From the NCBI GenBank assembly GCA_037447605.1, contig CM074807.1:682001-746000 (forward strand): a stretch of DNA of 64,000 bases, given 5' to 3'. Every line of letters starts with the position of its first letter. Position 1 is the first letter of the stretch. The notes beneath the pieces are model-generated. The model was not told the DNA's origin. It saw only the letters and a program-made list of their open reading frames with translations, and ran no database searches. Below, piece after piece: positions 40,101 through 64,000 of this stretch. Source of the stretch: Zygnema circumcarinatum SAG 698-1b (Eukaryota > Plantae > Zygnematophyceae). Both the position numbers and the translations under genes were made by a program.

Positions 40101-40434
40101 TTCCCTGCGCGGGCCGCGGCCGCTGCCTCGACGCAACCGGCCAATGCGACTGCTACGCAGGCAAGGCCCCCCGCCCCTCCCTCTCCTACTCCCTCTCACT
40201 CTCCCTCTCCTCCTCCCTCTGCTCCTCCCTCTCCTTCTCCCTCTCCTTCTCCCTCTCCCTCTCCCTCTCCCTTTCCTCCTCCCTCTCCCTCTCCCTCTCC
40301 TCCTCCCTCTCCCTCTCCCTCTCCTCCTCCCTTTCCCTCTCCCTCTCCTCCTGCTCTGGGCCTCTCTCTCTCTCTCTCGCTCGCTCTCTTCCTCTCTCTA
40401 TCTCTTCCTCTCTCTATCTCTCACACTCTCGCTG

Positions 40435-40476
<42 letters not shown>

Positions 40477-41497
40477 GCCACGTCGGCGCCGCCTGCAGCG
40501 TGTGCGCCCCCTCTTGGACGCGCGCTCCCTCCTCCTCCCTCTGCTACCGCCTCCCCAACGCCTCCATCCTCGCAACGGCCCCAGAGCTGCTCTACGCCCC
40601 TCCTCCTCCTCCTCCTCTCCCTCTCCCTCTCTCTCCCCCCGGGAGAGGGAGAGGCCGCCAGAAGCTGTCCAAGGCGGCCATAGCGGGCGTGGTCCTCGCG
40701 GCCTTGCTCCTCGTGTTGGGCGGCGTCACGCTCGCCCTCGCGGCGCTGCTCGTCCTTAAGGGGGGGGACACGAGAACCACGAGGACCGGCGCGGATGGTG
40801 AGAGAGGCTCGCTTCTGCGAGCAAGGGAGGAGGGAGGGGGGAGGGGGAGGGGGAGGGGGAGGGGGAGGGGGAGGGGGGAGGGGGAGGGGGAGGGGGGAGG
40901 GGGAGGGGGAGGGGGAGGGGGAGGGGGAGGGGGGAGGGGGAGGGGGAGGGGGAGGGGGAGGGGGAGGGGGAGGGGGAGGGGGAGGGGGAGGGGGAGGGGG
41001 AGGGGGAGGGGGAGGGGGAGGGGGGAGGGGGAGGGGGGAGAGGAGAGGGGGAGAGGAGAGGGGGAGAGGAGAGGGGGAGAGGAGAGGGGGAGTGGGGAGT
41101 GGGGGGAGAGGGGGGGATAGGGGAGGGGGGAGGGGGAGGGGGGAGGGGGGAGGGGGGAGAGGAGAGGGGGGGAGTGGAAAGCGTGGATGTGAGAATGGAG
41201 GAAAGTTTTGGGGAAGAAGTAGGTGATGCCATCCCCACCGTTGTATTCCAAAGAAAAATTATGGAAGTAATCGATGAATCAAGGACTTCATGGAAATAGT
41301 ACAAAGCGAACATAGCTAACACCTTGTACTGATACTCATTCTTGATTGCCCTTTTCATTTCCCTTTGTGAAATGAATGCAGAACTTGGGTCAGTCCCTGC
41401 TTCAAGCAGCGGCTCCATTTCGGGCGATCGCGAGACCCTAAAGCTCTCGTCGCATACCTTGCGGAATCGGCGAGCATCAATGGATTCTTCGTGTTGA
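25904..41497 (+). CDS. Protease A: multi-exon type-I membrane protein (signal peptide, I9-like prodomain, proteinase-K-like S8 domain, beta-rich region, 4x TSP1, EGF/Cys-rich repeats, TM helix, short tail); one apparent frameshift at 36445-36615
   Basis: Catalytic motifs VYVLDT|, DCHGHGTHCAG, AAAGN, SGTSMATPHV|AGAAAL. TSP1 motifs WSNCSALCGGG, WSECSRTCGTG, WSYCNVPCGNG, WSECPASCFG. CCESGVLD repeats. TM AAIAGVVLAALLLVLGGVTLALAALLVL. Last exon 41382-41497 ELGSVPASS...LRNRRASMDSSC*. Confidence 0.88.
26172..26418. repeat. 7-bp satellite (CTCATGG/CCTATGG/CTTATGG) in intron 1 of protease A
   Basis: Direct reading; explains the MAHG/MAYG repeat ORFs. Confidence 0.9.
31595..31829. repeat. 19-bp minisatellite CTGGAACTGAACCCTAAAG, about 12 copies, intronic
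   Basis: Head-to-tail units with no spacers; each contains a telo-box-like AACCCTAA. Confidence 0.9.
34403..35668. repeat. (TTAGGG)n array (34403-35030) and (CCCTAAAAA)n array (35338-35668) flanking the 87-nt TSP1 exon 35221-35307
   Basis: Direct reading; the exon translates PCESYAWLVGKWSECPASCFGAVQTRAVE. Confidence 0.9.
36694..37357. repeat. (CCCTAA)n telomere-like array starting just after a splice donor
   Basis: GTACGG followed by CCTAACCCTAA repeats with CTCCTAA variants. Confidence 0.92.
38270..38742. repeat. (TTTTTAGGG)n 9-mer telomere-like array, intronic
   Basis: Direct reading; gives the spurious RVF/LGF ORF. Confidence 0.9.
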
Positions 41498-42186
41498 AAA
41501 CAAGGGTCAACTGTTGATCTGGGATCGCAGTGGTGGTGGGTTGAACTTGCGGATCAACTCCTTTGCGTTGATCCCAGTTTGCTTCTCCAGCTTACAGTCT
41601 GACAAGTTATTTTGTCTGCTCGTTGGTCAGGATACCTCAATTGCTTCCCTGCTGGTTCGCTCAAATTTAGTTAAATATAAGTTGAAAGGTTTCATTTCTC
41701 AGAGCGATGTTAGTTACGTTTCTAAAGAAGTCGAAAGGTTTCTGAAGTATTCGAAAGGAGATTTGGGCTGTGATTAGTACTGTTATATTTAATAAATATA
41801 TAGTTGTGTTCAAATCACAATTTTGAACACGTCCAAAAGGCATTTGTTTATGCTGATCAATCGCCAATTCCTTTTGGTATTGAGATTTCAGTTTCGAAAG
41901 GGTTTTGTCTTTTTTGACCTTTCCAAACACTTAATTACAACGTATGTTGCAAGTATCCATTTTTGCAATCAATTTTCAGAATATATTTGAAGTCGCATTG
42001 TATCGAGGCCAACATCAAAATTAAATTTATGAAATCTCATTCAATTACAATCGTCTCATTTCACTAATTTCCCCGCGTATAAGCTTCCTAACCAAGTAAA
42101 AAAAAACTAGTTGTAGATGAAAAAAAAAACCATTCAAATGTCGTCCAAAGGGACCCTCCCTGTCTCAACCATAAGCTAAACAGTCC

Positions 42187-43295
42187 CTACTTGGTCACTA
42201 CCCAGCCGTTAGGAGCACTTCTCAAGTGGTCATAAAAGGGCTTCTCATTCCCCACAGTATAAGACCAGTACGGGTCGGGCTGCTTCGCACTGTAGGACAC
42301 ATCTACGACGTCGATCTTCCACGGCGAGTAACCCAGACCGTTGATTTTGGAGGCGTCGTAGTTGAAGATGGAGGTGTAGTACCAAGTGAAAGTCGCGCCC
42401 GTCTTGATGGAGATGGGGCTCGGGCAGGCACAGGCCCAAAAGGAATTGCAGGTGGGGCTGGCCGGCCAGTTGAACATCCAAACAGGGGCGGGGAGGGGGA
42501 AGGGCAGGAAGAGAGAGTTTTTCTTCTTGGTGCGGTCGCGGCAGTTGATCCACACGGCGCGGATCCACCCCTTGGAGCTCGGGCAGTTATTGTTGATGTC
42601 GTACGTGAACAGGCAGACCCACTGCTTGTTCTGAAGCATTGAGCACAGCTTTTGGCCCCACGGCGTAGGGAGCTTCAGCCCGTACTGAAAGGTCACGCAA
42701 CTCCCCTTCAACTCTGCACGCGGGGGCACGTGACAGTGAGGACAAGGAGAGTAACCTAATCTCTGAGCAGAGGGGAGAAATAGATGCTTACTCACTAGTA
42801 CTTTGCTTTACTTTACTTTCGTTTACTTTACTTTACTAGTACTTACTGCGGACACCGAAATCGGCGAATTCGACCGGTGAGTTTGGATCGTTCGGCTGCA
42901 GATAGGCGTCGGTGGTATTCGCCTCATCGACAAGGTCGAAGGCGTCAGGGCCATCATACACGTCGGTGTCGGGGGGCGGCGGGAAAGGTGAAGGAGTTGA
43001 AGGAGGGGGAGAGATAGGAGAGGGGGAAGGAGGAGGAGGAGAAGGAGGAGGAGCAGGAGGAGGCAGAGGAGCCTGGATAGGAGGCGGCAGCCCTGGAGGC
43101 ACTGCAGCACAAAGAGAAGCGTGTGAGACACATAAAACAGCATAGGTTCATGCTATTATTAATATAAATAGCATAATCTACATAACAAGAACCCTCACCG
43201 GTAGTCTGCAGCAAGTGCCGCGGGGAGGCCTGCGTGGCCGCCATGCCGACGGCAAGAAGCACCAGCATGAGGAGAGCGCGAGTGGGCGTCGCCAT
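42187..43295 (-). CDS. Gene C: secreted protein with signal peptide, RHLLQ motif, Pro-rich linker, acidic stretch and an ~170-aa domain with 8 Cys; 3 exons (43295-43199, 43101-42847, ~42712-42187)
   Basis: MATPTRALLMLVLLAVGMAATQASPRHLLQTT|VPPGLPPP...PPPDTDVYDGPDAFDLVDEANTTDAYLQ...|KLKGSCVTFQYG...APNGWVVTK*. Phase-1 junctions are consistent. No family recognised. Confidence 0.75.
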
Positions 43296-44464
43296 GGCTG
43301 CGACTACGAAGAGAGCGACGAGGGTGGATGAGAAATTCTCCCTTGTCCTTGAGCTCTCCTTCTCCTTCTCCTTCTCTTTCTCCCTCTTCCTCTCCCTCTC
43401 CCTCTCCCTTTCCCTCTCCTTCGCAAGACGCCTCTTCCGCTCTATCCCACTCCCAGCGCGCCGCCGCTTTTAAGCGCTCGACGCGCGCCGCCGGCGGTTA
43501 TTTACCATCCGCTTGCGCCGCCGCCGGTGTCCGTACCGTACGAACAGTTGTGTTTCGTACAGTACCGGTCGATTCCGTACATATACGGAACCGCTGTACG
43601 GACACCGTTGGCGACATCGAGCCGGTTGGAAGCGGCTAATTGTCGCTTTGGACGGTTTGTCGCGTAGCGGAAAGGGCAAGTGCTGCGTCGTCACGTCGCG
43701 TCGTACGAATATCGCGATATATTGTCGATATATCTCGATACGATGCGAAGGGTCATCGCTTTTTTCCATTTTCCTTTTGGTCCTTCTTTGTGACCGGGTT
43801 ACTCGTGGTTTCCTCCTGCTTCGCGTCGTAGATTTCAGTTAGTTTTGAACGGTTTCGACTGGCACGGGTTTCTAAGACCTCAAGATATAAGGGGGAGTCA
43901 GACCTTGACCATCTGTTTCTATCCCCTCTCTCTCTCTCTCTTTCTCTCTCTCTCTTTCTCCCTCTCTCGGGACCTCATGGCTGCAAGGTCCCGAGAGAGG
44001 GAGACGGACAATGGAACGGCAAGACCACGTCATGGGGGGCAAAGGCAAAGGAAGTAGTAATGCAATGTTATGTAAGAAAGTAAAAGAAATCTATGAGTGG
44101 ATGCCACGGGGGTTTAAACAAAGTGGAATAGCAACATCGTAAAGGAAAAAAAGTCAGAAGCTAATCGGTTTTAATTTAATTGCATAAATTAATAAATGAA
44201 ATAATTAAAGCAAGTCAAAGTCAACTTGCTTCCCCATCTCAAAGGTGTCGATACTCGAAGCCGCTGCCAAAAATACGCCAACACAAAAAACTTAAACCCT
44301 GACAGGCAAACCCAAACCATGCCCCTGATCCCAATCTGAGTCCACCTCTCGATTCCACTTTTGGTCTCGACCTCTCTCCCTTCATTGCCCCCGTCCACCC
44401 AACACTAACCCTAACCCTAATAACAGCCCTAAAAGCGCATCCACTGCTGTATGCGGAGGAGGGG

Positions 44465-58214
<13,750 letters not shown>

Positions 58215-58884
58215 ATTGCAGTGCTGGATCATCCGCACACTGAACCTCATCCCAAACTCCCACCCTTCCTTCGCGTCAAATAATCTGCAACTAGACTCCA
58301 CGTGCTTCACCACTTGCACGATTTATTATGCAAGAGAGCCGAGATGATTGCACTGCCACTGCTACTGCCATGCAGGCAGCCAGCTGATTGAGTCAGTAAG
58401 CCAGCCTTCTGTGAGAATAGCCGCTTCCCTTCCTCTCCCTCTCCTTCCCTTCCTCTCCCTCCCCTCCCGCCTGTCCCCCCCCCCATCCATCCTCTTCCAG
58501 ACTGGGCCGACGGCTTGGCCTGCGCCGCCTGAAGCAGAAGCAGAAGAAGCAGAAGCAGCCCTGCCAGGGCCGCCCCCTGCAGGGCCAGCGCCCTCTGCCG
58601 ACGGACATGTCCGCCGGCTTGCTTGCAAGGGCAAGGGCCAAGGGCCAGGGCGGGGCCGCGCGCCAATGGGAACGGGAACGGACCTGGAAGCGCCAATGGC
58701 GGTCTGCCACGTGGAGTGGACGGTGGGCGTACGGGACGAAGCAGCGTTGGGACTTGGGAGGTACGGTACTGTACTACTGTACGGAAGAGAAGAACCTGTA
58801 CGGATTTGGACTACAGTGTGTTGGGTTGGAGTTAAATATGAACATGGAACTGAAAACAAAAGGTACGGTTTAGAGGAGAAAAAG

Positions 58885-58956
58885 TGCGCCGGCCGGGAGT
58901 CGAACCCGGGTCTGATGCTTGGAAGGCATCTATCCTGACCGTTGGACTACCGGCGC
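58885..58956 (-). tRNA. trnG-UCC: tRNA-Gly(UCC), copy 1
   Basis: GCGCCGG TA GTCC AACGGTCA GGAT A GATGC CTTCCAA GCATC AGAC CCGGG TTCGACT CCCGG CCGGCGC A folds as a full cloverleaf. A T5 Pol III terminator follows at 58879-58883. Confidence 0.97.
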
Positions 58957-58992
58957 AGATATGGGTTGAGGGTACATGTGTTTTACACGTCT

Positions 58993-59627
58993 GAGATGCA
59001 ACACCTGTCACTTGATGAACAAGAAGCCTTCAATGAGCGTATCGCCAAACTGTAAATTTTCAAAGAAAGGGCTGCTTCCATCGTGGAGTCGATTGACTCT
59101 TTGAACGAAGGGATTGAAAGAAACCGCCACAAGGTCCGTCTGTTTGAAATGAAGAAATGACTTTGCCTCTTTTTTAAAGGAAAAATATGGAATTTGTTGC
59201 CGTTAAATGGTTCATACATGGTGAGTATGTGAGCCCAGATATAAGCAGCGGTGCTTTTGCCAAAAGGAGGCAATGAGACATGCTTCTGGCCCTCCCATGT
59301 TCGCGTTTGCAGGCGGACAGAGGACGCTGGTAAGCTTGGCTTTCACGCTGCGTGTATCTCATGGATGAAGTGGACGCAGCCCTTGACGAGCAGAACCAAT
59401 AGCTTGTTGCCGACCCTATCATGACACTCATATGTTCTGAAAGCCAAGTCATATGCATCAGTCACGACTCTAGTTTCCAGCGCTTCGCGGACAATGTCAT
59501 ACAAGTTACAAGAATTGATGGCACAACAAGGCTCGACACAGACCATATTCAACCAGCTCCATCCTCGAAGAAGAATCGGAGGGATGTCTCTAGGCCACAA
59601 GGCGAATCCGACACTCACCTGCTGTGA
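58993..59627 (+). pseudogene. Disrupted C-terminal fragment of an SMC-like ABC ATPase
   Basis: Coiled-coil piece with an in-frame TAA; signature (S)GGQRTLVSLAFTL; a frameshift to Walker B/D-loop YLMDEVDAALDEQNQ; an in-frame TAG; then QVICISHD...FADNVIQVTRIDG. No N-terminal half nearby. Confidence 0.75.
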
Positions 59628-59857
59628 TTTACTATTGATGGTATTTTTTGTCGGTTCCTTATATACTGCATTGCCAAAGGAAATCAATTGGACTGCAAAC
59701 TGCCGCATGTCCGCCGGCTTGCTTGCAATGGCAAGGGCAAAGGGCCAGGGCGGGGCTGCGCGCCAATGGGAACGGGTTAAAAGGGACCTGGAAGCGCCAA
59801 TGGCGGCCTGCCACGTGGAGGCGACGGTGGGCGTACGGGACGAAGAAGCGTTGGGAG

Positions 59858-60441
59858 TATAGATCCGTATTATACACTTTGACTACGCAAACTTTCATTG
59901 AACTCGCGATGGCGAGGCCATCAAATTTACATGGATAAAGGCAAAATGTGGAACCACGAAGGACTGGTCACAAAGGACCGAAACACAATAAAACGAAGCT
60001 AGGAGCGGAAAACTACGCCTAGGCACAACAACGCAGCCCTAGAAGCAGCCGCGAAGGTCACCGATGTGAGGCACGTCGCGAGGAGGGAGCGGCGGAAGGC
60101 TTTGAGGTTTAATACAATGTATAATACAGTATTAATACAGTATTTTACATTGTATAAAACCCGAACGCAACTGTTAACATCCGTACAACCAGACATAGAG
60201 TCGTACGGAATTTCTGTACGAAAACTGTGTACGGAACTATACGGCCACACGTGTCACACGTGTGGCCCGTCACACGTGTTGAGTTGTTGGTTGGCCAATA
60301 ATCAATCTCTGTTCAATTAGCGAGAAATCAAAAGAAAATACGTTAAATACATATAAAATACACTGTATTTTTAAAATGGTGTATAATACGCATGTATTAT
60401 ACAGTGTATTAATACACGCGTTTGATACATACGGATCTATA
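59858..60441. mobile_element. Non-autonomous hAT-type MITE, 584 bp
   Basis: 13-bp perfect TIR TATAGATCCGTAT (59858-59870 / 60429-60441); 8-bp direct TSD GTTGGGAG (59850-59857 / 60442-60449); GTATTA(A)TAC subterminal repeats. The element is absent from the paralogous site at 58746-58760. Confidence 0.9.
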
Positions 60442-60569
60442 GTTGGGAGGGACTACAGTACGGAAGTGGAGGACTTGTACGGATTTGCACTACTGTACAG
60501 TGTGTTGGGTTGGAGTAAACGATGAATATGGAACTGCAAACAAAAGGTGTAGTTTAGAGGAGAAAAATG

Positions 60570-60641
60570 TGCGCCGGCCGGGAGTCGAACCCGGGTCTGA
60601 TGCTTGGAAGGCATCTATCCTGACCGTTGGACTACCGGCGC
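60570..60641 (-). tRNA. trnG-UCC: tRNA-Gly(UCC), copy 2, identical to copy 1
   Basis: Same 72-nt sequence; T5 terminator at 60563-60567. Confidence 0.97.
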
Positions 60642-60744
60642 ACATGACAGAATTTTGCAAATTAAAGTCTTTATTAATTAAAATATCTCTTTCACCTCAG
60701 AAAAACTGGTTCTAGGCGGACAGATGTGAGTAGGAGAGAGGGCC

Positions 60745-61167
60745 ATGGCGACCGAGATAGGGGAGGCCAAGCAGGAAGAGACGTCCGAGCACGAGGAGAC
60801 GTCCGAGGAGAGCGAGGTCCCACATACGGAAGCTATCCGCCAAGCTCGCCGGCTCCTTCACCGGCGCTTCAAGGTTGGTGTCAGCGATGGCCGACTCTTC
60901 GTCGGCCGCCTGCACTGCCTCGACAAGCAGGGCAACATCATCCTTTACGACACCACTGTTATCCGGCAAGCTGGCGCGGATGCGAGCTCGAAAGAGGGTG
61001 GAGGTGGTGCTGCACCTTCCCGGGCTTTCTTGGACCAGCGAGGATTAGGGCTTGTGCTTATTCCTTCAAAGCATCGCATTTCTTGCCATGTGGAATGTAC
61101 TCCGGAAGATAGAAGCGATATCCTTTCGCTCAGAGGAGCTGAAGGGGATGATGGAGTAATACTTTGA
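60745..61167 (+). CDS. NAA38: Sm-like NatC auxiliary subunit (NAA38/LSMD1/Mak31-like), single exon, 140 aa
   Basis: Sm1 motif RRLLHRRFKVGVSDGRLFVGRLHCLDKQGNIIL and Sm2 motif QRGLGLVLIPSKHRISCHVE. Confidence 0.8.
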   Translation: MATEIGEAKQEETSEHEETSEESEVPHTEAIRQARRLLHRRFKVGVSDGRLFVGRLHCLDKQGNIILYDTTVIRQAGADASSKEGGGGAAPSRAFLDQRGLGLVLIPSKHRISCHVECTPEDRSDILSLRGAEGDDGVIL

Positions 61168-62114
61168 GGGTGAGAAGCTGTCAAGAGGTGCATAATGAGC
61201 TTGTTGTAGGTCACCTAGAGGATGACGTGAACTGGCGGAAGATTTCACCTGCTGTAATACCTGAATGTTACCAGCAATCTTGCACGTCGTTTTGTGGTCG
61301 CCAGGAGAATTTTTGAGGTGTTTCCACCTTTTGTTCTGCGGCTGAGGAAAGTCTGATTAGTGATTCTTCCTACCAGTGATTAGGTTGTTGACAGCATGCA
61401 GCATAGGGAAATTTTGTTTAGTTCAGATGTAGGTAGGCCTTCGGGCTAGCCATTGTGTTTGACTTTTTGAAGACTTATCGTCGTATACTCCGGTATTTTG
61501 GTGTTCAAATTTTGTAAAGTTAACAAAATGTTTGGCCCATGCGATCCAGTGACGACATTATTTTTTACAGCAAGGAATGCTTTGTGCTCCAGTCACTTTG
61601 ATACTCACAAGCACTGATCTAAAATAAATGGACAATTGAGTTGTTTGAAGTCTGGTAAGAGCTCCAAGCGGGATTGATCTCAGTCAATGAAATGTTGAAT
61701 CTTGGCAAAAACCTTAGTACAATCAACGACTCGTCCCAGCAGCTTTTAAATCTTGCAAAACGGAATTATCGGGTATAACCCAACAGAGATAGATAAGAAA
61801 AAACTCAAATAGGGATTTATCCCATTAAGTTTGGCTTCTCCCATACACACACACTCCAGTTCGGGGACGACAGTAAAACTTGTGAACGTTGGATAGCCAG
61901 AGCCATCCAAGAAATGCCTGGACAAGCCCCTCCTCTGGCGGTAGTACTGCTTTACAAAACTGAATCTTGGTACCTCACTAGATGCCTCAGGTCCCTGTGA
62001 GCATATGTTCTACTTTGGAACCAGTGGATTCTGGTGTTTTTAATTTTGAAAGAAAAAGAGAATAAAGTACCTAACCCTAAAATTAAAAAACGTAGTAAAC
62101 TGAACATGAACACC

Positions 62115-63788
62115 TCACTTCTTCGAAACGTACGCATAGTATTGAGCCATGGGCACCACAAATGCAATGACAAGGAGGCCTCCCACAACAAATGTGAACT
62201 GGCCTCTTTTCTGCTCAGTCTCTTCCTTTGTCTTATAGTTGGAGATACGCTTGTTCTCATCAAACCTAGGCCCCGAAATGTCATCCTGGCCAGACAGTTT
62301 CGCAGCTAGCCTCTTCGCTGAGGAATAAAGAGCTTCGTTGTACTTCTCTGCGGTCGCCAGAACTGCATGAAAACATAAATTGGTGGTGAGGGATCAAATC
62401 AAAATACAAACTGACGTACTCCTTCAGCAATGAAACATCTACTTTTTAATGCTTACACCATGGTCGGTTGTGCAACCTGCAGACCGACTGCAGCAATCGA
62501 ACAGGGGCTTACCTGGAAGGTTCTCAGCAACAATCGCCTCAAGAATCTCATCTCCCACCGCCTCATTGAAGGCGGGGCCACCTGCAATTGCGCCTTCCTT
62601 GGCAGTGGTGACGAGAAGCACAACGCCCTTCTGGTTGCCATCTTCAATAGTCGGATACCACGTCTCAATCACTTGGTCCGCCAACTCAAACACGTCTCCC
62701 TTTGACTGAGAATTGCAAGGGACCAACACATAAACACAAGAGACGTAAAATCAGAAGCGTTTGGCGTCAATTAAAATGGTGCTTCCAGAAGCAGCTAGTC
62801 TGACGTTAAGTTTGAATGAGCACACTCTTTTCGGGCTTCTGGCAAATTCTCCAACTTATCAAACCTCCGTTTGAGCCCGAAACCTGTCTAGAAAATCCAT
62901 GACCTGTCTTCACTATAGCATCACAAGCTAGAACTCCAATGTATTGACATTTGAGAGGTTACCGAGCTTAATAGTCTGCACTGGAGTATAACGCAAGCTC
63001 TGATATATGCTAAGCTGCAAGGCTTCACAAGCCTTCTGTAGTAACACAAAACTTCAATACTCGTTTCACTCAAACAAAACACTTTCGGCATTATATTGAC
63101 CGAATTTGCCGCACGTCAAACATCAAGAGGAATTATAAATGCAGGAAAAATCTAAAAGATCAACTTGGCATTTGCAACGAACAATGACAAAGCAGAAAAG
63201 GCAGCAGCATCACTGCTAAGTTGCATAACCTAGTGACGAAACAAAAGGGGCAGCGACGAAGAAACAATAAAGAATAGTAGAACTTGCTATTATAAAAAAT
63301 ACAACATGATTCTTCGACAAGAGTCAAGTGCATACGGAAATCTTTCTCAGTGTAACAACGTCGATGTGAAAGCCAGTTTTCTCTTCCAAGTCTGTGAGCA
63401 ACCGCTTCAAATCAGACTTGGTGAGCCGGCTAAGCACTCCAGCATCATCAATAACATGCGATTCAAGTGGCGGCGGACTCTGCAGAATGTTGTATTCGCT
63501 TGCAAGCGCAACATCCGAAGCTATAAGGGAAGAAAATTGCAAGAACGACGCAAGGCCAACGGCAGTCACGCCGCTAGCTACCCGTGCACTCAGCTCATTT
63601 ACTGAGAGAGAAGCCGTCACTCTGCTGGCTGACAGCCTAACTGTGCGGGATTTCCTAGCTGGCACTGCCGACGACAGGGCTCCAGCAGAGACCAGGGAGC
63701 TGCTCTTCAAGGGCCTTGCAAGCAGCACCTCCCTTTCACAGGATACAGCATGCAGACCCGTACTGCAAGAGCTGAGAATGGCAGCCAT
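62115..63788 (-). CDS. TLP18.3: Thylakoid lumen TPM-domain protein TLP18.3/Psb32, 3 exons (63788-63336, 62705-62513, 62362-62115)
   Basis: Bipartite transit peptide ending ALA|SEYNIL; VIDDAGVLSRLTKSDLK; FELADQVIETWYP; GPAFNEAVG; C-terminus VVGGLLVIAFVVPMAQYYAYVSKK*. Confidence 0.95.
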
Positions 63789-64000
63789 GGCGGCCTATCT
63801 ATTCTCCTCCCCTCTTTCCTCTCCCTCTCCGTCCCTCTCCCTTTCCGTCCCTCTCCCTCTCCCTCCCTCTCTCTCCCTCTCCAGACCTTTGGCCTGTCTC
63901 TTCTCTGGACCGTTACATACAACGCATGCTCGGATGTACGGTATACTATGTATGGCCCATGCATGCATGGGTCGCCATTGAAGGTCCCCTGTTAGCCACA

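Noticed and set aside
41514-41930. Short ORFs after protease A
   Set aside because: No motifs or codon bias; likely 3' UTR or intergenic.

Overview
Eukaryotic nuclear DNA from a green plant lineage. A streptophyte alga is the most likely source (inference from the gene set and intron style; species not determinable here). Introns are short to medium and often filled with GA/CT or telomere-like simple repeats, so most long six-frame ORFs are artefacts. Supported genes, left to right: the 3' end of a SAMHD1/VEN4-like HD protein (+); RCI2/Pmp3 (-); an intronless BED-finger hAT transposase-like gene (+); TM-type tRNase Z (-); RPA32 (-); a hypothetical coiled-coil gene (+); two paralogous giant membrane-anchored proteinase-K-like S8 protease genes with 4 TSP1 repeats in convergent orientation (A + 25904-41497, B - 44465-58214), bracketing a small secreted Pro/Cys-rich gene C; two identical tRNA-Gly(UCC) genes in a local duplication flanking an SMC-like pseudogene fragment; a 584-bp hAT MITE; NAA38 (+); TLP18.3/Psb32 (-). 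Main finds: (1) The otherwise diverged protease paralogs share one near-identical inverted segment just upstream of their TM/tail region. This indicates gene conversion, or a possible 4.9-kb flip-flop that would swap tails in frame and invert gene C. (2) A frame-breaking pyrimidine tract lies inside one exon of protease A. (3) The MITE has an 8-bp TSD in one duplicate and an Ac-type excision footprint at the same site in the other. (4) Fixed-spacing CCAAT-N10-CACG, GTAC and CGATA motif arrays recur at promoter-like positions.
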